Below, one piece after another: positions 1 through 11,366 of a DNA stretch of 64,000 nt; the first letter of the stretch is position 1, and each line of letters starts with the position of its first letter. The notes under the pieces were generated by a model, which was given only the letters and a program-made list of their open reading frames with translations, was not told the DNA's origin and made no database searches. The DNA lies in assembly GCF_009914755.1 (NCBI RefSeq), contig NC_060936.1; one strand, given 5' to 3'. The position numbers and the translations under genes were made by a program. The DNA comes from the human T2T-CHM13v2.0 reference genome, Homo sapiens.

Positions 1-642
1 TACATATGCTGAGTATAGACATGCAAGGGTTCTAACACACAATAGAATACACTCTTACTCCTACCTCTTTCTTAGCTTAGATATTTTGTATCCCTGTTGC
101 ATTTGTATGCTGAATCTCACATGGGTAAGTATTCATATAATCTTTATAGAAGTAAATAAAAATGTTACCTTCTTAGGATATTAGGTGGCAATAAAGATTA
201 ATTCCATATTTATTGTTCATGTGTATACTGATACAGTCACTAGAGACGATACTTGGTGACTCACAAGATTAATTTTATTTTTATAAAATGGATCCTCTAC
301 AATGGATTACTTGCTGTATCTTGGAGCAAGGCAATTCTTGAGCTACTTCAAATATTTTTCCACTTTATTGGAGGCTTAGTATATATTATCCTTCAAATGT
401 GCTATAAATCCGTTTAAATTAAAAATACTTTTATGCTTGCAGTTGGACGTCCTTTCACAGTTTTACAAAAAGAAGAATATAGCCATTCTATTTTATTTTA
501 CTTAAAACCATTTATTTAAATTCTTGTTGGAAAGTGGATTAGGTAACTACCTATGAGAATGATGTAGGTGATACTTTTATTGGGCCATCAGCCCTTTCCC
601 CTCTCATCCCATTGCTCATTAAGAGACTTATCTGACCTTCAG

Positions 643-715
643 GGTTTCTTGAGAGCCAAACCCTGGCAACGACTTCTGCAAATAACAAACAACAGAAGCT
701 GGTTGGAGCGGCAGG
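643..715 (+). other. candidate internal exon, coding status unknown
   Basis: ctgaccttcag| acceptor and AGG|gtaagc donor in unique sequence; no protein recognised. Confidence 0.2.
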
Positions 716-2935
716 GTAAGCAGACTGTCATTGGCAACTTTTTGGAATTATGTCAAAGCGATGCAGCAGCAATCCTTTAACATTGCTGCAGGCTTTTACC
801 ATGCCATCAAGCGCTAATCAATCAAGATGGGAAGATAGGCCCAGCACAATGGAATTAAAAAACTAGCAAGGTCATCATCCTACACAGCATTAGATGGTTT
901 CCACCTGCCCCCCTCATCCTTTTTTTTTAGTATGTTTTCCCTAAAACTTTTAAATCTAGAGTAGGGAGAACGTCAGCATTTAAAAAGAACATCAGCGTTT
1001 AAAAAGAGACATTGTAAATATGGCTGTGAAGATCACATGCTCCAAAAGACAATTAGGTCAACATATTTCTTCTTCTTTTTTTTTTTTTTTGCATGATGTA
1101 GGTTAAGAAAAGATTCCTACTAAAGAACGACTGAACTTACCTTACAGAATATATGGGATGGATCTGGAGGTGTATAGGATGTGTCTATATCTACATTGAT
1201 AAACAAAAAATGAATTAGTGGTTGAAAGTGAAGAAGCTGGATAATTTAAGATGAGGAAAAGGCAAAACTACAGATAATTCATATTAAGCTTAGTATGTTG
1301 TTAAAACTCACTAGCTATCATTTTAGATAACTTTTATAATAGACAATAACAGTGTTAAATTTCTTTTGGAAGGTAAAAGGAAAGAAAAATTACCCTGATC
1401 ATCAAGGTGCAATTGTAAGAACTTAATGAAATTTTCTTCTAGTTTAAGATATTACTATACACAGTAACATTTAGCAGATTATGTAAAGTAACTGATTTCA
1501 TTTTCTAAGAATTTATTTCTTTAATTTTTAATTTTGCCACTATAAGATTCACCTAGCTTTATATTTAGCAGCAAATTTTATTTTTTGTTTTTGTGACAGA
1601 ACCTTAAGAATACTGAATGATCTGTGCATGGGAGCCATCATTCTGCTAATTTCTTACAGGAATAAGAAATGTATATTGACTTGAAATCAAGTTTTAATTG
1701 TATGGCACATTTCTATACTAGTTTCCTAACACAGTATGCCAGCCATTGGACTTTGGAAAATAAATAATCCTCAGTAACAGGAATATAGATTAATTCACAA
1801 CTTTTAACTGTGATAGCTTTCTCTCTTTGGAAGACATTTTTAGAGACATAAAACTGAATACATCTACCAGCACTGTTCATTAAAGCTTATAGTAAACGAC
1901 TAACCTTCCCACATCTCTGACACTGAAAACTGTCAGGATTGTTGATTTAGAAGAGGCTTATAGACAAGGAAATTCAGAGTCACAAAAAAAATTTAGAGAT
2001 CATCTCTCAGCCAATACTGCCTAGATTTTTGCGTTTCTAAAATAACGCAGTCTTTATCCCTTTAAGTGATAAATAAAATGTTATTAAATACTTTGATGCT
2101 AATATTTACCCTTAGCACATGCACTGTATTAAAAAGTTCCTAAAGAAGCATAGCATGCTGAATCTTTTAAGGTTGGAAATCCATCTCTAAAGGAGAAATA
2201 GCCATCTTTCTTTCAAAGGATCATCTTAGCAGCTGTACTGTTCATTTTTGTCCATTTCTTGATATTGCCTCCATTAATTAGCTTCTTTTTCTTAGACTTG
2301 CTCGTAAGTCTAATGTCCTTTCACCAGCTTTGATTTCTTGTCCTTGTTTTGAAACATTTTCTTTCATTACTAAAATTCTCAGAATGAGCTACTCTTTTTG
2401 CACCTGTTTTATTTCCACTTATTGTGAAATCTTTGCATTTTTGATCTTTGACTCTCATATCCAACAAAAACAGTCTCCTGAAAGCTCTCACTTTCTGTTC
2501 ACCAAATACAGCGACCACTTTCTTGACCTTAGTAGATTTTAATGTTCAGCAGCCTGCTGCGTTCTGAAACCACATTTAAATTCTCCCTGTGACCAAAGTT
2601 TCTTAGCATGCATTAGCCTTTCAAAACCTGGCTCCCAGCTCCTTTCTTGCACCTTCCCTGCAGCATCTCCAAATCCTCCACTCTCCTGGCGGTCCAGACT
2701 CTGCTGTCACCCCCTGTACTGGCACTGTCAGACCCTGCTGTTCTACTATTCTCTATTTGGACTGCCTGTTCCTGTCCTTGTCCCTTATGTAACTCCTGAA
2801 CATTTGTTTTATTCATTTTATTCATCTTTCACCTAAATGCCATTTTCTTCAAAAACCTAACCTTCTATCCTTCAATTCAGAATTAATGGGTGTTTCTTGT
2901 GTACTTTCAGATATTGTATTTCATTGTAGTTCTTA

Positions 2936-3260
2936 CATTCATTAATTCATTATGCTGGGTCAACCAGACACATAATATCAAGAGCTCACACTCTAGTGAA
3001 GAAACGTACTTGAAAAGATTTTAAAATGCTATTAAGTAGTATTGTAATGGTATGCACATTTGCTCTGGGAGGCTAATGGAGGGGCTGCCAAAATTGTGTG
3101 AGGGAGCTGAGTAATGCTTCCTGAATGTGAAGCATGAATTGGAGTTCACCTAGCAAAAAATATGGGAAGGGTTTTCTAGGGCTTTGTCCATCTATTCAGA
3201 AAACATTCACGTAACACCTATTATGTGCCAGGCATTGTATTAGACACTGAAGATTAAAAA
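2936..3260 (-). mobile_element. L2 LINE 3' fragments (old, degenerate)
   Basis: cattcattaattcatt..., acacctattatgtgccaggcattgtattagacactg and aagagctcacactctagtg resemble the antisense L2 3' end. Confidence 0.55.
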
Positions 3261-3949
3261 TCGAAAAGTTATAACATCAACAATGGTGATAAAAACACCA
3301 TTGGCCCCTTCTTTCTTTCCTAAAGAAGACAGAGAACATTGACAAAAGAAAGTTTTTCTAAAATTCAGTCTGGACATGCTTTCGGAGTCTCTGCCGTATT
3401 CCTTTCATATGCTAGAGTTACATGTGTTAGCACATAGTAGGCACTCCAAAATATTTGTTGAAAATTGAGAACAAATGAATGAATACTCTTTACCCATAGT
3501 GGCTGTCATTGCCATCATAACTGCAGTCATGTATTTAAACAATTATATTTTGTGTGAGTATAAACACAAAATATGGAAGGTCTGAGGATCAGCTAACCCA
3601 CCATTGTAGCAGCCAAAGATGGCTAAAAGAGGCAAGAGGGATTGAACAGAGTCCTAAAGAAAAAGTACGAGTTTATCAGACAAAGTGTAACAAGTTCATT
3701 TAGAAGCCAAGAATCACAGAGGCTTTATTGTATTCTGGAAAGGTTAATAACTGCCATGGCTGGAGAATAGGGGGAGTGTGTAGGAAGATTTGCTAAAAAC
3801 ACATTCTTGGTTGACACTGCTGTTGCTCCTTTGATCATGGATCCTGATTTCTGAGTAGTTGCCTCTGTCACTCTTGCCTCAGGATCCCAGATATCAGTGG
3901 GAGAAGTTTTAGAGAAGGCTGTGAGATTTATATCTTCATGAGATCTGCT

Positions 3950-4280
3950 TGACTGCATTGCGGAGACTAATTGGAGTCTGGAAAGGGAAGATAGAGGGAA
4001 ACAAGAGACTATTTTTCACTACTTATGTGAAAGATGTAGGTAGCCTAGCCTAGAGTGAAACCATTGCAAATGCATTTAGGAGATAAAATCAGCCAGTGAA
4101 CAGGGTTGGTGTTGGTGGGAAGTGGGAGCTGATAGCAAAACAGATGACAAGGATGTCTCTTAGTGTTATGGCTTGTGGGCCCAGATAGATGGTGGTACCA
4201 TCACTGAGATAAAGCATATAGGGGAAGGAATTCGTATGAGGAGATAAGTTCTATGTTGGACATACTGTGTTTGAGGGTTT
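3950..4280 (-). mobile_element. L2 LINE fragment
   Basis: gatggtggtaccatcactgagataaag...ttctatgttggacatactgtgtttgagg is a typical antisense L2 body segment. Confidence 0.55.
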
Positions 4281-4404
4281 TTCTGTATTTTTTTTACTAG
4301 GTAGCAAACTTCTTGAGGACAAGGCTTATGAATTGTCACCATTTTATGCTCAGAGATGAGCTTATAGTAGGTGCTTATAATACAAGAGTTTCCCTGTCAA
4401 TGTC

Positions 4405-4487
4405 ATATATGTATATATTAATTTACATATATGGTCATATATATATTTATATGCTATATATATAAGTAAATATATATATAAATATAT
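4405..4487. repeat. degenerate (TA)n low-complexity tract
   Basis: catatatgtatatatt...atatatatataaatatat. Confidence 0.7.
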
Positions 4488-4696
4488 TTTTTCTTTTTGC
4501 AAAAACACATAGCTCTAGTGCTGAATTATGGTTATTCTACCTTGAAATTTAAACATTTCTTAAATTATGTAAAATATTTTAGTTTCATTATAAAATATTG
4601 GTACATGAAAGGAATTATCCCTTTAATGTATTTCTTGTTTTCCACTTGTTTCAAGTGGTAAAAATAAGAAAATTAATTACAAAAACTTCTATAATT

Positions 4697-5109
4697 TTTT
4701 GTATTATACTTTAAGTTTTAGGGTACATGTGCACAACATGCAAGTTTGTTACATATGTATACATGTGCCGTGTTGGTGTGCTGCACCCATTAACTCGTCA
4801 TTTACATTAGATATATCTCCTAATGCTATCCCTCCCCGCTGCCCCCACCCCACAACAGGCCCAGTTGTGTGATGTTCCCCTTCCTATGTCCATGTGTTCT
4901 CATTGTTCAATTCCCACCTATGAGTGAGAACATGCAGTGTTTGGTTTTCTGTCCTTGCAATAGCTTGCTGAGAATGATGGTTTCCAGCTTCATCCATGTG
5001 CCTACAAAGGACATGAACTCATCATTTTTTATGGCTGCATAGTATTCCATGGTGTACATGTGCCACATTTTCTTAATCCAGTCTATCATTGTTGGACATT
5101 TGGGTTGGT
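4697..5109 (-). mobile_element. 5'-truncated L1PA (approx. L1PA4-5) 3' end: ORF2 C-terminus plus 3'UTR
   Basis: tattatactttaagttttagggtacatgtgcacaac...; ORF 4907-5089 MIDWIKKMWHMYTMEYYAAIK is the L1 ORF2p tail; TSD acttctataatt (4685-4696) / acttttataatt (5112-5123). Confidence 0.95.
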
Positions 5110-6530
5110 ATACTTTTATAATTAAGATTAATCCAAAATTATGATTAATAAAGTTTAATTAGTGAAGAGAAGAGAACCTCTAAAAGTTGGGGACACTAAT
5201 TAGGTATGTAATCTAGAGCTTTTTTTTTTTTTAACTGGTTTGAATCTCTTTATAGAATAAATTTGATAAATGGGAAGCATAAAAAGTGTGAATGAAACAA
5301 CAAAATATTGTTCCTCTAAAGTAAGGCAGTAGAAGTTTCTCACTGTTATTGATTGCCTCTCTGTCAGGAATGTTGATCTTTTATGGATCTAGAGCCCACA
5401 GCTTCTAGTGACGCAGTTTGAAGATACTCAAATAAAGCCATGCTAACCCCAGAAAATAAATTGCACAGAGGTATCTCCTGGTTGGCAAACAGCATGGACA
5501 TTCTAATGTTTGTTGCCAACAATTAGTCACCTGACTCCTTTTATGGGTGGCTATCTGGTGACTGATGTAATGGCAAGCGTGTATTGTTCTTATTGACCAT
5601 GTGTTAAGGAGCCACGGGACACAGACACTATACAGAACAGATTGTAAGAAATAACCAAGATGGATGAAGTGCTGGGTAAGAAAACAGCGACAAGTGTAAA
5701 ACTGTCACATGATTAAATCTGGAAAAATACTCTATACAATGAGGGTATTTATTGCAGGAGCCACCGTTGAACAATGCCATCTTCATTCATCACATCTTTC
5801 ATCCACTCTCCTGCAAAATGTTTTCTCATACTATGGAGCAGGTCTATCTGATGCAATTAAGTTTTCTTCATTAGTGCCACAGATTTTCTGAATGCCCTGT
5901 AGAAGCACACAGATTGCCCTTTCTCTTCTTCTCTCTTTAGTATTTTAGTCCTATGCAACCCTGCTGTTTACAAAAGAGAGAGATAGCTTTGACAAAGACA
6001 ACCAGGATGATGAATGGAATTTAATTTATGCAACATTCACGTAGGGTGAGTCCTCTGGGTAAATCACCATGGTAGCACTTCCTCCTCCCTCTCCGTGATA
6101 TGTTCTGCTTGGCTGACTCAACTCCCTCTGAGAAGCTTGGCACTTAAGGTTATGTAAGCAGTGCAGAAATGTTCAAATATTCATCACAAGTATGGCTACA
6201 TGAAAGAGAAGAAAAAACAAAAATAGAAGGAGGAGTCTGAGGTAAATAGCTGTTTAAATCAGCAAGGATAAACTGAAGAACAGAAAGGGATTTGGATACC
6301 TAATTTAGAATTAAGGAATTATTCCCTGAGGTGATAAATAAAATAGATTTGAGCCAGGTTTAGAGGGCTAAAATATTATTGACTGACCTTTAGTCCAAGC
6401 TGATTTCAATCCCTTTCCCATGCTACTCAATAAAGCCAAAGAAAATTATTTTATTTCATCATGGGAAGATAATAGTTTCTTCCATTTATAAAAAGTTAGC
6501 TAATTATTGTTATGGCTTATATTTTTCTTT

Positions 6531-6859
6531 TCTTTTTCTTTCTTTCTTTCTTTGTTTTTTTTTTTTTTGTTTTTTTTTTTTAGGCAGAGTCTCTCTCTGT
6601 CGCTAGACTGGAGGGCAGTGGTACAATCTTGGCTCACCGCAACTTCCACCTCTGGGGTTCAAGCGATTCTCCTGCCTCAGCCTCCTGAGTACCTGGGATT
6701 ACAGGTGTGCACCATCATGCCCAGCTAATTTTTGTATTTTTAACAGAGACGGGGTTTCACCATGTTGGCCAGGATGGTCTCGATCTCCTGACCTCGTGAT
6801 CTGCCCGCTTCGGCCTCCCAAAGTGCTGGGATTACAGGCGTGAGCCACCATGCCCAGCC
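6531..6859 (-). mobile_element. AluS (AluSc-like), full length
   Basis: Both monomers present; ggccaggatggtctcgatctcctgacctcgtgatc; TSD tatatttttcttt at 6518-6530 and 6860-6872. Confidence 0.95.
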
Positions 6860-7819
6860 TATATTTTTCTTTCTTATCAACATATCCACTCATTCATATT
6901 GTAAATTGTTATCTATCCAGAAAGGATTTCCCGGAGATTAGAATCAGCAGACAGCAGCATATGCCCAACTGTGAGTACTGAAAAAATATTGAATGATTTG
7001 GGCCTGACTGCAGAGATGATTTAAGAATTTAGTTTGCTCATTTTCTAGTAAGGAAAGTATTCTAACCATGAGACTAAGCCCTTCATAAACCAACAAATAA
7101 ATTAATTAATTAACAAGGGACTTTACTCTGAAATGGAAAGTTTCAGTCTGTGTCACACTGTGTATTAATTTATCTTATAATTAGTGTCACCAATGAATGA
7201 TTAATTTATGAAAAATTATAAATGCCTAAGTGTGCTAAGTTTCCTTCTTTAATTGGTTGAGAAATATAGGTGAATATTATCACACTGCTAAAACCACTTG
7301 GGTATATAAACACTGATATTTTTGTTAATAGAGAGAAGGAATAGAGCTTAGTAAATTTGTTTGGGAAACACCTTTAGGTCTCAATTTAGCTTTTAATTTT
7401 TGGATTAGATTTACACTGTTGACTTGGAGCCATTTTGCATACTTGTATAAACTATCTAGGTACCAAGACAAGAGAGTGTATAAATATAATATAGATGTTT
7501 TCTTATGAGCTAAAATGGAAATTATTCTCTCACTCTAAAAAACAATTTGCCTATTATCAATTCTGGGAAGATAGACTTTGGCTATCTCTTTATCATTCTT
7601 TTAAATTTCTCATAGACATCCCTTATAAAAATGACAATTTAGGAAAGATTAAACAAATTCATTTGGAAACAAATGAAAACAATGTTCAATTATATTAGAT
7701 GCTTTTGCCTTTATATACTGATAAAGAACCATGAGCAAAAAAAGCAAGAAAATATAGGCCATTTTGCTAATATAAAAATAGAATTTGATATATGTACCAA
7801 GGGTTGAAAGTGAGAAGGA

Positions 7820-8250
7820 TGTCTCCATTGCCACTGCCCTAGTTCAGACCACCCTCTCTGTTGTTTAGACTGTGATACTTGATTCCTAACTGTTCTCCGT
7901 GTTTTCACTTCTGTCTTTCTCCCATCCATTCTCTGTAAAAGCTAGTGATTTTTTACACCCCGTGGTCTCTCCTACTTAGGGCTGCATGCACATATTATAC
8001 ATCAGTTCCTTTGCCTGGACTATCAATCCTGAAGTCAGCTCTCTTTGAAGTCTCCTTCTCCAATAAGTCTTCCATGACCATAATTCCTGACGCAAATTCC
8101 TGCCTCCTCATCTCCATTGTCCATCTGCTGTTCATGGTACACCCAGTATGCTTTTATAGCTGTTATTACAATTTTGTAACAATTCTATTTATACGTGTTT
8201 GTTTTTTCCTTTTCACTAAACTAAGATCTTTGAGAGCCTCATGCAGCCTT
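7820..8250 (+). mobile_element. L2 LINE fragment
   Basis: ctccattgccactgccctagttcagaccacc...ttcctaactgttctcc...actaaactaagatctttgagag follows the L2 3' region. Confidence 0.55.
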
Positions 8251-9614
8251 GAGAGTAGGCACTCCGAAAAAAGAGAAGGAAAAGGAAAGGAAGAAGAAAG
8301 TAGTGGCAGAAATAAGGCAGAGAGGAGGAGCTCATACAAAATATTTGGTGAATAAATAATTGGCTACTTTTTTGGTGTGATATGCCCAAAACTCTCAGCT
8401 TAAAAAGTTTACTCATGGAATCAATTATAGACTTAAAGGTAGCTTAAAGAGCCATTAAATAGAAATAGATCTTTTAAATAGAAATATTCAAAATTAAAAC
8501 GAGTGAAAAAAAAAAGATAAATAATGACCTAAGGCACATTCAAACAAAGTCTGAAAGAATCCAATGTTCTGGATGCTTATCTGATTTAAATGTGCAGACT
8601 TCTCAGAGTTCTGTCATTACTCACAATTACGCTGACAGTGGAGTTCCCAAACATTGTCTGACCACCATCTGGTTCAACATTTTCAATCACTCCCTGGAAT
8701 TTCATTTAGTGCTTCCAGGCATTTTGGTCAGATACTCATTTCTGCAATTCCAATTTCAAAGAAATTGCAGAATCTGAACAGCAAATCATTTTAAAGGAAT
8801 TTTCTCAGGGAAGGCTAGGAGAAAGTATCATGCCACTTCTTCTCTTCTTTTAAAACTCATGTGATAAATGCCTCATTTAATTTAGCATTATCATGTAACT
8901 TTTTTTTGGGCAATCATGTATGTTGTGTTCTCAGATTCACCACAAATAACTCTTGGTTTAATGCCAGTTTAGTGGATGTTTCATGGCAAAAAAAAAAAAA
9001 GGACTATTAAAATAGAGCCTGCTGATGAACATGCAAGCAATTGCTCCTTTAGTTTTGCATACTGAAATTATTTATCATTGCAAAGCATCTAAAACGTACA
9101 GCAGATAATAACCCTTGGACTGTCTTATTTGATGCTAAGTATAAGATGTTAAATAATTTGGATAATATTTGAATTTGCAAGTTATGATTTTTAAAAATCT
9201 TTTAGTTTAAACATTTTTATTTTTGATAATACAAGAATCATTAGTCTTTTAGTCTATTTAGAAAAAAGTTTGGCAACAATAATTTTTAGATATGGTATTG
9301 CTATTTATTATGTGTCATTGCCATGCACAGTGCCGATTGTGTATATTGCTGTGTGTCATTGCCAAACATGGCATCAGTGAAGTGGTGGTGTGGTTTTCAT
9401 GATCAGTGGGAATGCATGAAAGAATTGCTATTTGTTTCTCTCAGAAAGGAATGTCTTTTGCATAGAACCTTAGTTCCTTATTTGCCCTCAAATTATTATT
9501 TTTGAGTTTATTATGTTAAGTAACTTGCCTATCTGATTAATTAGGTTCTCAAGCTGTGCTTATCCAACTCTCCCTTTCTGTATCCATTGCGGATTTCTGC
9601 ACTTGGTGCTACAA

Positions 9615-10159
9615 TGTTACTGACCTCAGTTCCTGGGGTCTCAGTGCAATAGAAATTCACATGTGGCCAAAAATGTTTTCCCAGAGGAGGCTTCCTTGGA
9701 GCTTATGCCCAGGCATAAGGGAGGCAGCGCGAAAGAGAGAGAGAGAGGATTCCCTGCCTGACACCACAAAAAGAGCTGGTAGGGCTTTTTTACTGGACAA
9801 ACAAAGCACAGGAATTGACATTAAGGGTAGGGTATGCAGGCTGGGCAGGGCAAAGCACATGACGGATAGGGTGTGCAGGTCAGCATATCTGGTTGCCATG
9901 GTTATCTTGAGTAATGGGCCACCTGGTGGTCTGGCCATTGGCAACAACGATGTAAATCAATTGCTCAGCATTCCTTCCAGAGGCGGGACACTGTAAGCTT
10001 GGTTATTTCCTAAGGCCAGTTCCTGGAACTCTTTGAGTAAAAGGCATGGTTAAACATTATGGCATCAGCGAGGTAGTTGTGTGGGTTTTGTGATCAGTGG
10101 GAATGCAGGACAGAATGCCCTAGTGGGGGCGAGCTGAAGCCAAGCCCTGTTCTGTCTCA
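9615..10159 (-). mobile_element. solo endogenous-retrovirus LTR, LTR47-like (tentative name)
   Basis: TG...CA termini (plus strand tgttac...tgtctca); minus strand starts tgagacagaacagggcttggcttcagctcgcccccactag; near-TSD acaa/gcaa; GC richer than flanks. Confidence 0.75.
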
Positions 10160-10369
10160 GCAATACTGAGTTTGAATATATGTCTCATTTTTGTAACATA
10201 TTGTGTTACATCCTTGTGCTGCTGGTTTTCCACATTCTTCAAACCTATTTGGCTGCTAGTCTTTCCAATGAGAGAGTTATGTTAAACTTCCCAACTAACA
10301 TTTAAGATCTTTTGTTTATTTTATTGATTTGCCCTTTAGCTATACCTATCCACAAACCTCCAACTTTAA

Positions 10370-10620
10370 ATCAATATAAGCAATCCCTTCTGCTTCTATG
10401 CTGTGGCTGCCAGCACCATGGGAGAAAAGTCACACAACTGTGTGGATTGATGCCATTGCAAATTTATGCTTTCCCATCTCAGCTGGCCCTGCAACTCAGG
10501 TCGATAATCCTTTTAGCAATCTCTGGTCAGTTCCCATGCCCATTACTTCAGCTAGCATGCCAAATTTTAACCACTCTTCTCATGCCCTTTCTGACCACCC
10601 CTCAACCTGCAGCCATGAAA
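10370..10620 (+). mobile_element. L2 ORF2 body fragment
   Basis: gggagaaaagtcacacaactgtgtggattgatgccattgcaaatttatg resembles the conserved L2 internal segment. Confidence 0.55.
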
Positions 10621-10931
10621 AATGAGAAATGATCTTGCCTCCTACCTTTAAAATAAAAGTAAAAGAAAAAAAAATCAGCCCAGGAACTTCTAGCACTCAA
10701 ATTTTTCTGTACTTCAGTACAATTTCTGTTTTGAATTCCTGTTCTACTAAGGTGGCAGAAACTTAATTCTCTCAATCAAACAGTGATTCCCACTGGCCCT
10801 TTACTTTCTCCCTGGGTTGTGACTACGTTGGGGGAGGGAGGTGCCTAAAAAGGCATAAAGGGCTTTCTGCTCTTGATGTCATCTGGCCGCAGAGGCATCT
10901 TCTGAGCCCTCTCTCCCCTATCTGGTTCTTG

Positions 10932-10948
10932 ATGAGTCATTGACGTGG
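10932..10948 (+). promoter_or_regulatory. abutting AP-1 (ATGAGTCAT) and CRE/UPRE-type (TGACGTGG) bZIP motifs
   Basis: gatgagtcattgacgtggc seen directly; function untested. Confidence 0.35.
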
Positions 10949-11109
10949 CTTTCTTAGACATGTTTGTTTCTGTGTGCGTGGCTTTTGAGTCGGGGACCCC
11001 TCCCCTACTGATATGAAACTCTTGGGCCCACTTTGGGAGTGTTTTTTGCTTCTCCCAGGCAAAAAGCAGGGATGTCTAGGAGATTGCCGGAGGCTCCATC
11101 TGCTTAGGC

Positions 11110-11177
11110 CTGTGGTTCTCCACAATGGCTGGATGGAAGAATCACCTGACAAGCTTTACAGCTACCAATACCTGGGG
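11110..11177. mobile_element. MER5-family (MER5B/MER5A1-like) hAT-Charlie fragment, host of the nested MER5A
   Basis: ctgtggttctccacaatggctg...gaatcacctgacaagcttt...aatacctgggg; appears to continue after 11367. Confidence 0.5.
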
Positions 11178-11366
11178 CAGGACTTCTCAAAGTGTGGTCC
11201 AAGAACAGCATTATTCAGCCTCACCTGAAGACCACTGAGAAACTCAAATTCTTGGCACACGCTAGACCTACTGAATCAGAAACTGTGTGGGTGGTGTCCA
11301 GAAATCTGCATTTTTTAAAAGAAGTCCTCCTGGTGATTCTGATATCCACTAAAGTTTGAGACCCTG
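11178..11366. mobile_element. MER5A hAT-Charlie MITE, full length
   Basis: Ends caggacttctcaaagt...agtttgagaccctg; internal agacctactgaatcagaaact and aatctgcatttt; 8-bp TSD-like acctgggg/ccctggga. Confidence 0.85.

Noticed and set aside
766-789. 8-bp hairpin gcagcaat/attgctgc
   Set aside because: Isolated stems this short are expected by chance in 64 kb.
4907-5089. 60-aa ORF with protein-like sequence (also 32339-32551, 41200-41636)
   Set aside because: These are L1 ORF2p C-terminal remnants in truncated LINEs, not host genes.
9556-9996. 146-aa ORF, joint longest in the window
   Set aside because: Lies in a solo LTR, begins at a non-ATG codon and has no recognisable domain.
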